NCBI GenBank assembly: GCA_049570475.1
Contig: CP186953.1
Span: 192,001 to 256,000, forward strand
Reading direction: 5' to 3'
Length of the DNA stretch: 64,000 nucleotides
From: Candidatus Methanosuratincola verstraetei
GTDB taxonomy: Archaea > Thermoproteota > Methanomethylicia > Methanomethylicales > Methanomethylicaceae
Shown here: one piece after another, positions 19,987 through 28,899 of the stretch
Numbering within the stretch: the stretch's first letter is position 1
How the letters are laid out: every line of letters begins with the position of its first letter
Program-made: the position numbers and the translations under genes
Notes under the pieces: model-generated
Told to the model about the DNA's origin: nothing
Databases searched by the model: none
The model's input: only the letters and a program-made list of their open reading frames with translations

Positions 19987-20814
19987 ATGGCACTTTTAGA
20001 TTGGGCTAAGAAAGCGGACTTCGACATGATGTTCAAGAGGTACAACGTCATAATCGAAGGACCGGCAATTAAGCCAGAAGACGACCCGGACGTCAAGAAA
20101 GTACTGCCAAAGGAAGAGCCATTCAGGACGCTGGCAATGGCTGTGATATTCGGAGACACAGAAAAAGCGGTTCAGGCTGCGAAGACGGCTCTCGAGAGGA
20201 CTTCTCCGCTCGACGTGATCGAGAAGGGGCTTGCCAAGGGAATGGATGCAGTCAGCGCTCTATACGCCAAGGGAGCCTACTTCCTGCCCGACATAATGCT
20301 CTCTGCAGATGCCATGACTGCGGCTATGGCAGTGGCTGAGCAGAAGCTTGGCAGGGCCAGGGAGAAGAAGGGCACCGTTGTCTCATTCGTCGCCGAGGGT
20401 GACCCGCACGACATTGGAAAGAACCTCGTCGTGATGTTCCTGAAGGCGAACGGGTTCGAGGCGGTTGACCTTGGCAGGGACGTCCCGGACAAGGAAGTAA
20501 TCGAGGCAGTCAAGAAGTACAAGCCAGTGATGCTGACCGGCACGGCACTGATGACCACAACCATGACCGCCTTCCCGAGGGTGGCGAAGGCACTCCAGGA
20601 ACAGGGCATCTCGGTCCCGGTGTTCGGCTGCGGCGGCGGTGCAGTGAAGAGGGACTTTGTGGAGTCCTACGACATGGGAGTCTACGGAGTCAAGGCGTTC
20701 CACGCACCGAAGCTTGCAGAGGCAGCGCTGGCAGGCAAGAGCTGGAAGGAAATCCGCAAGGAATACCCGAAGATCGTCGGGGAGTTTGTTGCGGAGTACG
20801 CAGACAGGATGTAA
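19987..20814 (+). CDS. mtaC: Methanol corrinoid protein
   Basis: RYNVIIEG N-terminus, EGDPHDIGKNLV B12-binding motif, DLGRDVP, GTALMTTTM, CGGGAV; RBS GAGGTG upstream. Confidence 0.95.
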   Translation: MALLDWAKKADFDMMFKRYNVIIEGPAIKPEDDPDVKKVLPKEEPFRTLAMAVIFGDTEKAVQAAKTALERTSPLDVIEKGLAKGMDAVSALYAKGAYFLPDIMLSADAMTAAMAVAEQKLGRAREKKGTVVSFVAEGDPHDIGKNLVVMFLKANGFEAVDLGRDVPDKEVIEAVKKYKPVMLTGTALMTTTMTAFPRVAKALQEQGISVPVFGCGGGAVKRDFVESYDMGVYGVKAFHAPKLAEAALAGKSWKEIRKEYPKIVGEFVAEYADRM

Positions 20815-20818
20815 GCAA

Positions 20819-20860
20819 CTTCCCTTTTTTCTTTTTTTTTGTTTTATTTTAATTTTATTT
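20819..20860 (+). terminator. Oligo-T archaeal terminator after mtaC
   Basis: TTCCCTTTTTCTTTTTTTTTGTTTT immediately after the stop codon. Confidence 0.6.
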
Positions 20861-20920
20861 CTTAATTATTAATTGCTTATTTCATTGGAATTTTTAGAAA
20901 AATCAGAGCTGAAAGAATGT

Positions 20921-22567
20921 CTATTCCCTTTTGCCTTTTAGCAGGCTCGAGTATTTGAAGACCTGATCAGGGCAAGCCTGCTGGCATCGGAGGCAGGCCA
21001 TCCCGTCGCACAGCTCGGATTTGATGACTATCCTGTATCTGTCGCCTGCTGGCTCGATCCTTATTGCGCTCTCCGGGCAGCTCTTGACGCAGCTTTCGCA
21101 GCCTGTGCACCCATCGAATTCGCCGATGAGGGTCACCCCGATGTCCCTAAGGACTTTTAGCCCCTTCTTTCCGAGCTCAGGGATGTCACGCATGTAGATC
21201 CTCTTTATCTCGGGGTTTGGAACCCTCTTGGGCAATGGGTTGTATCCATATCTCCTGAGATACTCATTGTAGATGGTGATCGGCATGCCCTCATCCCAGT
21301 ATGAGAGCTCCAGGGTGTAAACTTTCTCGAATACCTTAGAAGTGGCGAGCATTATGTGCCGCCCCCTTATGCTGTCTGCCATGCTTTGGAGCGTATCGAT
21401 CATATCAGGCTTCAAAACGATGTCTTTTGCCATGCCGAGCGAGGTATTCCCTATCTGGTAGACTTTCCTCGAGCATGCAGGGATCTGACCTACATCCATT
21501 GACTTGTTCGCATCCACATAGAACCCGGAGGCGCCGGCCATGTATGAAGTGTCTATGTCCTGCATAGTGATCCCTGCCTCCTCGCAAAGCGAAATATGGC
21601 CGGCACGGAAAGCCCCGATCGCCTTCCCTGCCTCGACCAAGTCGCGCCTTGTAAAGTAAACCCCATCCTGGAGGTAGAGCTTCCTGTCCTGGGTTGCTAT
21701 ATTAGGGAGCTTGATGAGCCCCGAAGAGATACCGAGGGCGAGCACCGCGATCACCCCTGTCCCCGTGATCCCATGAGCCTTGCCACTCATCGGTCCTCTT
21801 GCCACAACCTCCCCGGAGTGGGGCAGGACCGCATCGCCCTTCTCAGCCAGCAACTGTTCGTTTAGAATCGTCATCCTCCAGCCATTGGATTCAGGGTTAA
21901 CATCGCAGATCGCCCCCGGCGCAGCAAGCATCCCCTTCTCGATCCGCTGGCCCTCGATTGCAGGGCCGGCTGCGGCGGAGCAGGTGAAAACCTCGCCGTC
22001 TATCACGAGCGCTATCTCCGCATTAGTCCCGAAGTCGGTCACGAGGGATATCCCCCGCTTCTCCAAGACCCCTGATTTGACGAGCATGGCGAGTGCGTCG
22101 GCGCCGATCTCGTGCTTCACGCCTGGAGGCACGTAAACATCAGCCTCCGGGTTCAGGTCGAGCCCCACCGATCCGGCTTTGATCACGCAGGCATTCCTTT
22201 CGGGCGGCTTTATATTGTAATCGTGCATCGCATGCTCGCCCCAGTAGGCCAGATCGCGGACCTCGATGTTCTGGAAGAGTGAAAGCTGGGTCGGGTTCCC
22301 GTCGACTGCCACCCTCTCCACCTTGGAGAGATCGATTTCAAGAAGCTTGAGGAGCGAGTTAATCGTGTCGATTATGAGCTTATGCGCCACATCTTCGCCG
22401 ACCTCGACTGCAAAATGAAGGTGATCGATCACATTAGCCCCAGGCAAGGGGTGCCTCAGGGTTATGGCTGTCGCAACCACCTCAGAGGTATTCAGGTCAA
22501 GCGCCTGGATCCGTATTCCGCTCGTTCCGATATCTATCGCCAGCCCGTACAAAAACCCATCCTCCAA
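20921..22567 (-). CDS. ramA: ATP-dependent corrinoid protein reductive activase
   Basis: YGLAIDIGTSG, HPLPGANVIDHL, HEIGADALAM, TDFGTNAE, AAGPAIEGQ; C-terminal 2x[4Fe-4S] (CTGCESCVKSCP, CDGMACLRCQQACP). Confidence 0.93.
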   Translation of the reverse strand: MEDGFLYGLAIDIGTSGIRIQALDLNTSEVVATAITLRHPLPGANVIDHLHFAVEVGEDVAHKLIIDTINSLLKLLEIDLSKVERVAVDGNPTQLSLFQNIEVRDLAYWGEHAMHDYNIKPPERNACVIKAGSVGLDLNPEADVYVPPGVKHEIGADALAMLVKSGVLEKRGISLVTDFGTNAEIALVIDGEVFTCSAAAGPAIEGQRIEKGMLAAPGAICDVNPESNGWRMTILNEQLLAEKGDAVLPHSGEVVARGPMSGKAHGITGTGVIAVLALGISSGLIKLPNIATQDRKLYLQDGVYFTRRDLVEAGKAIGAFRAGHISLCEEAGITMQDIDTSYMAGASGFYVDANKSMDVGQIPACSRKVYQIGNTSLGMAKDIVLKPDMIDTLQSMADSIRGRHIMLATSKVFEKVYTLELSYWDEGMPITIYNEYLRRYGYNPLPKRVPNPEIKRIYMRDIPELGKKGLKVLRDIGVTLIGEFDGCTGCESCVKSCPESAIRIEPAGDRYRIVIKSELCDGMACLRCQQACPDQVFKYSSLLKGKRE

Positions 22568-22639
22568 GTCAATTTATATAGTAATTATTGTTATAAATAA
22601 ATATAAATGTATGTTATACCATTTTAACGTGTAAAAAAT

Positions 22640-23236
22640 ATGTCGTCTTTTGAATATGTCGTCGGCAGCCTCATGGAAAGGCTGATCAATGTTAAAGGGA
22701 TTGTTGATGCGGTTCTGCTACCCACAGAGCTGAAGAACGAGATCCTCTCTTCGGAGCTTTGCGAGGAGAACAACACGGGCGGGTTTTTCCTGAAATACAA
22801 TGCGGGAGTCAGGGAGGCATTGAAAAGGGACCATCTGCTCGCAGCCATCACTGATGAGAACTACACTTACCCTCCCGAGCCCGTAGAGCTGATTTATCTC
22901 GGCGACACCGTGGGCGTCGAGATTAGGGACAAGTCACTCCTAGAATCATACAAGAAGGACGAGAACGCGATGCTGCTCGGGGACAGTTTCGTGATATTCA
23001 AGGACAAGCTTCCTCCCAACAGCGTGAGGAAGGCGATGTCGGGCGAGATAAAGGTCTTTATACCCCCAATGAGTGTTGGGGTAGAAGCCCCTGAAGGGAT
23101 TCACGGGCTTGTCCTCGGCATGCCCTCAACATACACTGATCTACTCTTAAAGGACTGGTTGAGAAAGAAGGGGATCGATGTCTCGAACAAGAACCTCGGG
23201 GTAGTCCTTATAGGGTTCAACATTCATAAATTATAA
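22640..23236 (+). CDS. Hypothetical protein in the methanol methyltransferase cluster
   Basis: 198-aa ORF, divergent from ramA and co-oriented with the next gene. Confidence 0.7.
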   Translation: MSSFEYVVGSLMERLINVKGIVDAVLLPTELKNEILSSELCEENNTGGFFLKYNAGVREALKRDHLLAAITDENYTYPPEPVELIYLGDTVGVEIRDKSLLESYKKDENAMLLGDSFVIFKDKLPPNSVRKAMSGEIKVFIPPMSVGVEAPEGIHGLVLGMPSTYTDLLLKDWLRKKGIDVSNKNLGVVLIGFNIHKL

Positions 23237-23250
23237 TTTGTGAACTTGAG

Positions 23251-24255
23251 ATGGGGATAATAGAGGAGACAATAAAGCTGGAGAACACTGGAAGGACGCC
23301 GGTCGCTCCAGTAATCACTTCCAAGAGGGAAAAATTCTCTGAGGTCGTAAAAAACAGCGAATCTGTCTTGAAGAAATTTGATGGATTCCTGCTCCATCCA
23401 GCCGTCTTTGACTCGGGATGGGTATACCTCCCGTCGAAGCCTTCGCTCAGAGAGCCGGTCCGGATAATAAAGGACATCGATGGCTACGACGACCTCTGCG
23501 ACTATGGGCCCGTTGAATATGCGTTGAAGATCCACAAGGAAAATGACCTAGTAGTTGAACTGGAGAGAAGGCTCGCTGAGGCACCCGGATTGGTGAGCAG
23601 TTTCGTTGAAGAGACAGGGGGCTGGGGGGTTGCAAGCTACTGCGGCGCGATGGCCATAACCCCGATAGGCTACATATCGTACTACAGGGGCTTCAACGAT
23701 ACCATGAGGGACATGGCTAAGGACCAACAGAAAATCTACAACACGGCGATGACGATAGCCAAGATGTACCCAAAGTTCCTGGCTGAATTTGCAAAGTCAT
23801 GCAAAGTCCCCAGGGTTTGGGTCTCGTTCACGAATGCGACCCCGGCGATCGTGGGGGACTACTACTTCGACAAGGTGGTATGGCCAACCACGAAGACCAT
23901 GCTAGAAGGGATTATCAAAGAAGGCGTCGTGCCGATCATCCAATTCGAAGAGGATGCCAGGAGCCTGAAATTCCTGACACAGTTGCCCCCAAGGAGCTAC
24001 ATTGTCCACATCTCAAGGGATTCAGATCTTCTGAGGGTCTCTGAGGCATTGGCCAACCAGGCGGCCGTGATGGGGAACTTCAAGGTCCCTGCCGACCAAG
24101 AGGAGGAGAGCAGGATCAGGGATATATCAGTTAGGCTGGCTTCGGGCGCGCCCAAGAATTTGATAGTCAGCACAGACGGAGGGGAGCCGTTCATCCTGAC
24201 TTCCCACAATCTGGAGAAGCTATCAGCGCTCGAACCGTTCCTGAAAAAGGGCTAG
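23251..24255 (+). CDS. URO-D/MtaA-fold (MT2-like) protein, apparently lacking Zn ligands
   Basis: YRGFNDTMRDMAKD, YFDKVVWP, AVMGNF match the fold; QFEED and STDGG occupy the usual HxC and C ligand positions. Confidence 0.7.
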   Translation: MGIIEETIKLENTGRTPVAPVITSKREKFSEVVKNSESVLKKFDGFLLHPAVFDSGWVYLPSKPSLREPVRIIKDIDGYDDLCDYGPVEYALKIHKENDLVVELERRLAEAPGLVSSFVEETGGWGVASYCGAMAITPIGYISYYRGFNDTMRDMAKDQQKIYNTAMTIAKMYPKFLAEFAKSCKVPRVWVSFTNATPAIVGDYYFDKVVWPTTKTMLEGIIKEGVVPIIQFEEDARSLKFLTQLPPRSYIVHISRDSDLLRVSEALANQAAVMGNFKVPADQEEESRIRDISVRLASGAPKNLIVSTDGGEPFILTSHNLEKLSALEPFLKKG

Positions 24256-25301
24256 TTGTGGTGTTGGTGGTGGAGGTCTTCAACAGACAACCCATATTTT
24301 TTGCTGGTTTCCCTGATCGTTTCCTTTAGGTAAGAACGCATATCCTCAGATCCGAACCCCTCGAGTGCCATGAAGAGAGAGAACTTAAGCTCCTTCCAAG
24401 ACTGCGGGATGTCTCCGGAGAATTCGACGCCTGTCGTGAGATCGACCATGCTCGCCTTGAATCCCTTGCCCTGCGACTCACCGAAAGCTTTGATGTGACC
24501 AAGGATCCTCCCTGTTTTTTCTATGCATTTCCTCCCCATTGCCTCGATCACCTCTGACACGAAAGATCTGATCGCTTTGTCATCTAGATCCTTGTCTGAT
24601 CTGAGGATCCCGTAGAAGTCAGCATTGCCGACTCCTGATTCTGCCACCGAATCGTCTTGTGCTGGATTCGCCTCAGAATCCAATTCGACCCGCTCCCCGA
24701 GTATGGCGGCTAAGAGATCAGGCATCCCTTCGCCCGTCACCGACGAAACGCCGATCACTTTTGTCCCTGGCCTCATCTCGCTGAGTGCAGAGACTATCAG
24801 GGGGAGATCGAATTTCTTGTCGATCCTGTCAATCTTTGTCAACGCAAGGATCTCTGCATCACGGGCCTGCTTCGTCAGGAAATCCTTGAACTCGGCGAGC
24901 AGGGAACGGAACCTGACGCCATCAACCAGCGCAACAGTCGGGGAGAACTCTAGACCGGGGACTAGGTAAGAGGCCTGCACAAAGAACCGCTTAACCTGCG
25001 AGGGGAGGGCCACCCCTGTGGGCTCGACGAAGATCACATCAGGTTTGAATTCCTCCACGACAATCTTTATCGTGGAGACCAAGTCTGCGCCCAGGCTGCA
25101 GCAGATGCACCCGCCCAAGATCCTCTTGGCTTTTAGCCCAGAGCTCTTTACAAACTCTCCATCGACGTCAACATCCCCAATCTCGTTCACAATCACCGCG
25201 GTCTTCAGACCTTTCTTTTGCGCCTCGGTGGCCATCCTTATTATCGAGCTGGTCTTGCCGCTACCCAGAAAGCCCGAGATCTGAGCCAGAAGGACCATCA
25301 A
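24252..25301 (-). CDS. CobW/COG0523-type G3E GTPase metallochaperone
   Basis: GFLGSGKT, VNEIG, GCICC, EPTG, TKID; His-rich C-terminus HHQHHN. Confidence 0.88.
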   Translation of the reverse strand: MMVLLAQISGFLGSGKTSSIIRMATEAQKKGLKTAVIVNEIGDVDVDGEFVKSSGLKAKRILGGCICCSLGADLVSTIKIVVEEFKPDVIFVEPTGVALPSQVKRFFVQASYLVPGLEFSPTVALVDGVRFRSLLAEFKDFLTKQARDAEILALTKIDRIDKKFDLPLIVSALSEMRPGTKVIGVSSVTGEGMPDLLAAILGERVELDSEANPAQDDSVAESGVGNADFYGILRSDKDLDDKAIRSFVSEVIEAMGRKCIEKTGRILGHIKAFGESQGKGFKASMVDLTTGVEFSGDIPQSWKELKFSLFMALEGFGSEDMRSYLKETIRETSKKYGLSVEDLHHQHHN

Positions 25302-25396
25302 GTTTCACCGTTTTTATATTGGACTGCGATGTTATAAACCATTCCAAAACCTTTTATTAGTTTGAGGATAATGGATATTACCAAAGGGGGATATAG

Positions 25397-26506
25397 ATGA
25401 ACTCAAGAGAAAGGGTTTTGAATGTGCTTTCCGACCAGCCTGCCGACAAAATTCCAGTTACTTGCTTCACCCAGGTTGGAATTGTCGAGGCCATGCAGAA
25501 AGTCGGGGCGCCTTGGCCTGAGGCACACAGCGATCCGAAAAAGATGGCAGTGCTTGGGGCTTCGCTCAACAGGCTAGTCGGGCTTGAGGCGGTGAGAATA
25601 CCATTCTGCCTTACGGTTGAGGCAGAGGCAATCGGGTGTAAGGTCGACATGGGGACCATCAACAGGCAGCCATCAATCAGGGCGCCTGCATTCGAATCGC
25701 CATCGCTAGCCGAGATCGACATGGGATTCTTGGACAAGGGAAGGATACCTGTTGTGCTCGAAGCCATCAGGATCCTTAAGAAGGAAAACATAGATGCCCC
25801 GCTAATTGTAGGCATCACTGGCCCCTTTACGCTCAGCGGGCACTTGGTTGAAACAGAGAAGCTCGTCAAGATGATGAGGACCAAGCCAACAGAGGTCGAA
25901 AACCTCCTTGACAAGGTAACGGACGCAAGCATAGCCTATGTCGAGAAGATCGCAGAGGCAGGGGCAGACGTAATAACCGTCAACGAGCCTTCGGCTGCGC
26001 CAGAGCTCATCGATCCGCTCTCGTTCAGGTCCACAATAAAATCAAGGCTCCAGTACCTTGCAAGGAACATCAAGACAAAGAAGGTACTGCACATCTGCGG
26101 CGCTTCCCTCCCAATAGTTGGCGATATGGCCGAGTGCGGTTTTGACGCCATCAGCATCGAGGACAAAGTTGACATCGCGAAGGCAAGGGAGGTGATAAAA
26201 GGAGGCGCGGGCGCAAAACCTGCAGGAGGCTTCAGAACGGGAGGAGGGTTCGGAGGAGGGTTCGGAGGAGGGTTCGGAGGACCTAGACTGGGGGCAAGCG
26301 AGCCTGCCAAAGCAGTAAAGATCGCTGGCAACGTTTCGACCGCGAAGACGCTTTTCACAGGCAAGCCAGAGGAGGTCAAGGCAGAGGCTTTAAATGCGCT
26401 TAGGGCAGGGACTGACTTGCTGGCGCCCGCCTGCGGTATAGCGCCTGGCAGCCCGCTAGCAAACATCAAGGCAATGATCGAGGCAAGGGACGAATACCAA
26501 AAGTGA
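25397..26506 (+). CDS. mtaA: Methylcobamide:coenzyme M methyltransferase (MT2)
   Basis: WPEAHSDPKKMA, PFCLTVEAEAIG, GPFTL, LHICG and APACG Zn ligands; Gly/Phe insertion. Confidence 0.88.
   Translation: MNSRERVLNVLSDQPADKIPVTCFTQVGIVEAMQKVGAPWPEAHSDPKKMAVLGASLNRLVGLEAVRIPFCLTVEAEAIGCKVDMGTINRQPSIRAPAFESPSLAEIDMGFLDKGRIPVVLEAIRILKKENIDAPLIVGITGPFTLSGHLVETEKLVKMMRTKPTEVENLLDKVTDASIAYVEKIAEAGADVITVNEPSAAPELIDPLSFRSTIKSRLQYLARNIKTKKVLHICGASLPIVGDMAECGFDAISIEDKVDIAKAREVIKGGAGAKPAGGFRTGGGFGGGFGGGFGGPRLGASEPAKAVKIAGNVSTAKTLFTGKPEEVKAEALNALRAGTDLLAPACGIAPGSPLANIKAMIEARDEYQK
26240..26281 (+). repeat. In-frame 12-bp tandem repeat (GGAGGAGGGTTC) x3.5 encoding GGGF
   Basis: Exact copies at 26240, 26252 and 26264 plus partial GGAGGA; degenerate copy at 26222. 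Confidence 0.95.
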
Positions 26507-26540
26507 AACGCTCCACAGCCAAGAACTCGGATGTCACAAC

Positions 26541-26595
26541 GCGGGCTGTACGGGGGCCTAAACCTGGCCCCGTCCAAGGCAGCATGCCCGTTTTT
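26541..26595 (+). terminator. GC-rich stem-loop followed by T-run after mtaA
   Basis: ACGGGGGCC/GGCCCCGT stem, extended by GCTGT/GGCAGC, then TTTTT. Confidence 0.5.
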
Positions 26596-26674
26596 ATAAT
26601 TTTTTGTATTTTGCACTTTGCGCATATTTTCCAAATTCAAGATCGTCATAACCTCGTTAAGCTTTTTTTAACAA

Positions 26675-26696
26675 TTTGTACACTTTAAGTTACAAA
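26675..26696. promoter_or_regulatory. Putative operator TTTGTA-CACTTTAAGT-TACAAA (site 3)
   Basis: 6-bp inverted arms with 10-bp spacer; contains TGTACACTTT; upstream of TTAAATAA TATA-like box. Confidence 0.55.
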
Positions 26697-26756
26697 GTAC
26701 ATTATTGTAAAAACAAGTCTTAAATAATTTAATCAATTATTGATCTTGGGGATAAT

Positions 26757-27317
26757 ATGTCTTTTGTGATATATGCTGCTTTAGGGCTCCTAGGGCTATG
26801 CACAGGGCTTGCAATTCTCATCTTCTGCAACTTCAACATAATAAAAACAAAGGAAGGATACCTACTTGGCAATGGGCAGGCGGCATGGTTCATTTGGGTT
26901 TCGGGAGTGGCAGAGCTAATCGCTAGCGGATATTTTGCGATGCATCTTGACTTCCTGGACGCTGCGACATTCGGAGGATACGGGCTATTCTGGATGGCGC
27001 TAGGCACAATGGTCTACTGGGGAGGGGACGGGAGAGTTCTCGGTCCCATGGCGATTGCCTACGCGATATTCTCGCTGCCGCTAATGTTCGCTTATGCAAC
27101 TGTCAGTTCCACGCTCTTCATTGTTATACTAATGCTGTTCCTGATTTTCCTTGCACTGATCCCGGCCGCGTGGGAGAAAGCCAATGCGAAAGTGCTTGGC
27201 ACGCTCCAGCTGATATGCCTGATATTTGCAGCGCTCTCGATATTAGGGCTAGTCTTCGCAGCGATTCCTGCGCTCTCAGGGTATTCATCCTGGTTCCTGT
27301 GGCCAAAACTGATCTAA
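26757..27317 (+). CDS. SatP/YaaH (GPR1/FUN34) family small-solute channel, divergent
   Basis: YAALGLLG (cf. NPAPLGL), SGVAELIAS (cf. GGLAQLLAG), ATFGGYGLFWM; about 6 TM helices. Confidence 0.7.
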   Translation: MSFVIYAALGLLGLCTGLAILIFCNFNIIKTKEGYLLGNGQAAWFIWVSGVAELIASGYFAMHLDFLDAATFGGYGLFWMALGTMVYWGGDGRVLGPMAIAYAIFSLPLMFAYATVSSTLFIVILMLFLIFLALIPAAWEKANAKVLGTLQLICLIFAALSILGLVFAAIPALSGYSSWFLWPKLI

Positions 27318-27399
27318 AAACAATTTTCCTTCCTTTTTTTATGTTTGGAAAACAATCCATTTTATTAACCTCAGCCCATATCCATACTGGGATTTGGAG

Positions 27400-28752
27400 A
27401 TGCCGATCTGCCCAATTGACACAGGAAGGTACGGAAGCAAGGAAATGAAGGCACTTTTTGATGAAGGCTCAAGGCTCCAGAGATATCTCGACATCGAGGC
27501 CGCACTCGCACTCGCCCTGGCCGATCTGGGAGAGATCCCATCGGAAAGCGCTGAGAGGATAAGCAAGCTTGCAAACGTGAGCGTGGTCACCCCAGAGAAG
27601 GTGAAGGCGAGGGAGGCGAAGACAAGGCACGACTTGATGGCGATGGTGGAGGTTCTCGCTGAAGAGTGCGGGGAGGATGGGAAGTACGTCCACTGGGGAG
27701 CGACCAGCTACGACATTGTGGACACAAGCTGGGCGCTGATAATGCGCGATGCCACAAGGATATTAAAGACGAAGCTAGGGCGCTTGAGGGACGTGCTCTG
27801 CACCCTCGCTCTAGATCACAAGAACCTTGTGATGGTGGGCAGGACGCACGGGCAGCATGCCGTGCCAGTGACCCTGGGCTTCAAGATGGCAGTGTATGCC
27901 GCGGAGGCGGCGAGGAACCTGCAGCGGCTGAAGGAGTTGGAGAATAGGCTCCTAGTAGGCAAGATGAGCGGGGCTGTCGGCACAATGGCCAGCCAAGGCG
28001 AGAAGGCCTTCGATGTGGAGAGGAGGGTGATGGAAAGGCTTGGATTGGAGCCTGCGGAGATATCCACTCAGGTCGTCTGCAGGGACAGGATAGCAGAATT
28101 TGTTTGCTGGAGTGCAATTACGGCTTCGAGCCTGGACAGGATCGCGACCGAGATCAGGAACCTGCAGAGGACGGAGATACTCGAGGTCGCAGAGGGTTTT
28201 GAAGCAAGCGCCCAAGTAGGAAGCAGCACAATGCCCCACAAGCAGAACCCAGTAGACTGCGAGAAGGTATCAGGGCTTGCTAAGGTCATGAGGGGGCTCG
28301 TGGTGCCAGCGCTCGAGAACATCCCCCTTTGGCACGAAAGGGATCTCACCGATTCGAGCAGCGAACGCTTCATAATCCCCTTATCGTTCATAGTGCTTGA
28401 CGAGATGCTGACCACGATGGAGAGGGTGCTGAAAAGCCTGCGCGTGTTCCCGGAGAACATGAGGAGGAACCTGGGCTTGACTAAAGGCGCAATACTGAGT
28501 GAGGCAGTGATGATGGCGCTCGCGAGGAAGGGCATGGGAAGACAGGCGGCACACGAAGTCCTCAGAAAGGCATCCGTCAGGGCCTTCAACGAGGGCAGAG
28601 GGCTGAAGGACGTGCTGGCTGAGATGAAGGAGGTGACGAGCCTGCTCACAGCAGAAGAGCTCGAAGAAATTCTCAAGCCGGAAAACTACATAGGCAAGGC
28701 CCCTGAGCTAGTTGAAAGGGCAGTCGCCGCTGCGAGAAGCATCGACGTATAA
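27400..28752 (+). CDS. purB: Adenylosuccinate lyase
   Basis: TRHDLMA, HWGATSYDIVDT, GRTHGQHA, GSSTMPHKQNP, WHERDLTDSSSER. Confidence 0.96.
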   Translation: MPICPIDTGRYGSKEMKALFDEGSRLQRYLDIEAALALALADLGEIPSESAERISKLANVSVVTPEKVKAREAKTRHDLMAMVEVLAEECGEDGKYVHWGATSYDIVDTSWALIMRDATRILKTKLGRLRDVLCTLALDHKNLVMVGRTHGQHAVPVTLGFKMAVYAAEAARNLQRLKELENRLLVGKMSGAVGTMASQGEKAFDVERRVMERLGLEPAEISTQVVCRDRIAEFVCWSAITASSLDRIATEIRNLQRTEILEVAEGFEASAQVGSSTMPHKQNPVDCEKVSGLAKVMRGLVVPALENIPLWHERDLTDSSSERFIIPLSFIVLDEMLTTMERVLKSLRVFPENMRRNLGLTKGAILSEAVMMALARKGMGRQAAHEVLRKASVRAFNEGRGLKDVLAEMKEVTSLLTAEELEEILKPENYIGKAPELVERAVAAARSIDV

Positions 28753-28899
28753 ATAATTTATTTTTATATATTTTAGTATATACTGATTGTCATATCATAT
28801 ATAATCTATCTATATATCAGATTAAGATCGTGCCTGTTTCAAGGCTGGCGAGAGAAAACTTTATGAACTGAAGTATCAAAGCGATGAGAAGTGACGGCG

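Noticed and set aside
26541-26595. SECIS element or recoding signal after mtaA
   Set aside because: I noticed no in-frame TGA/TAG read-through candidate nearby; simpler as a terminator or stability hairpin
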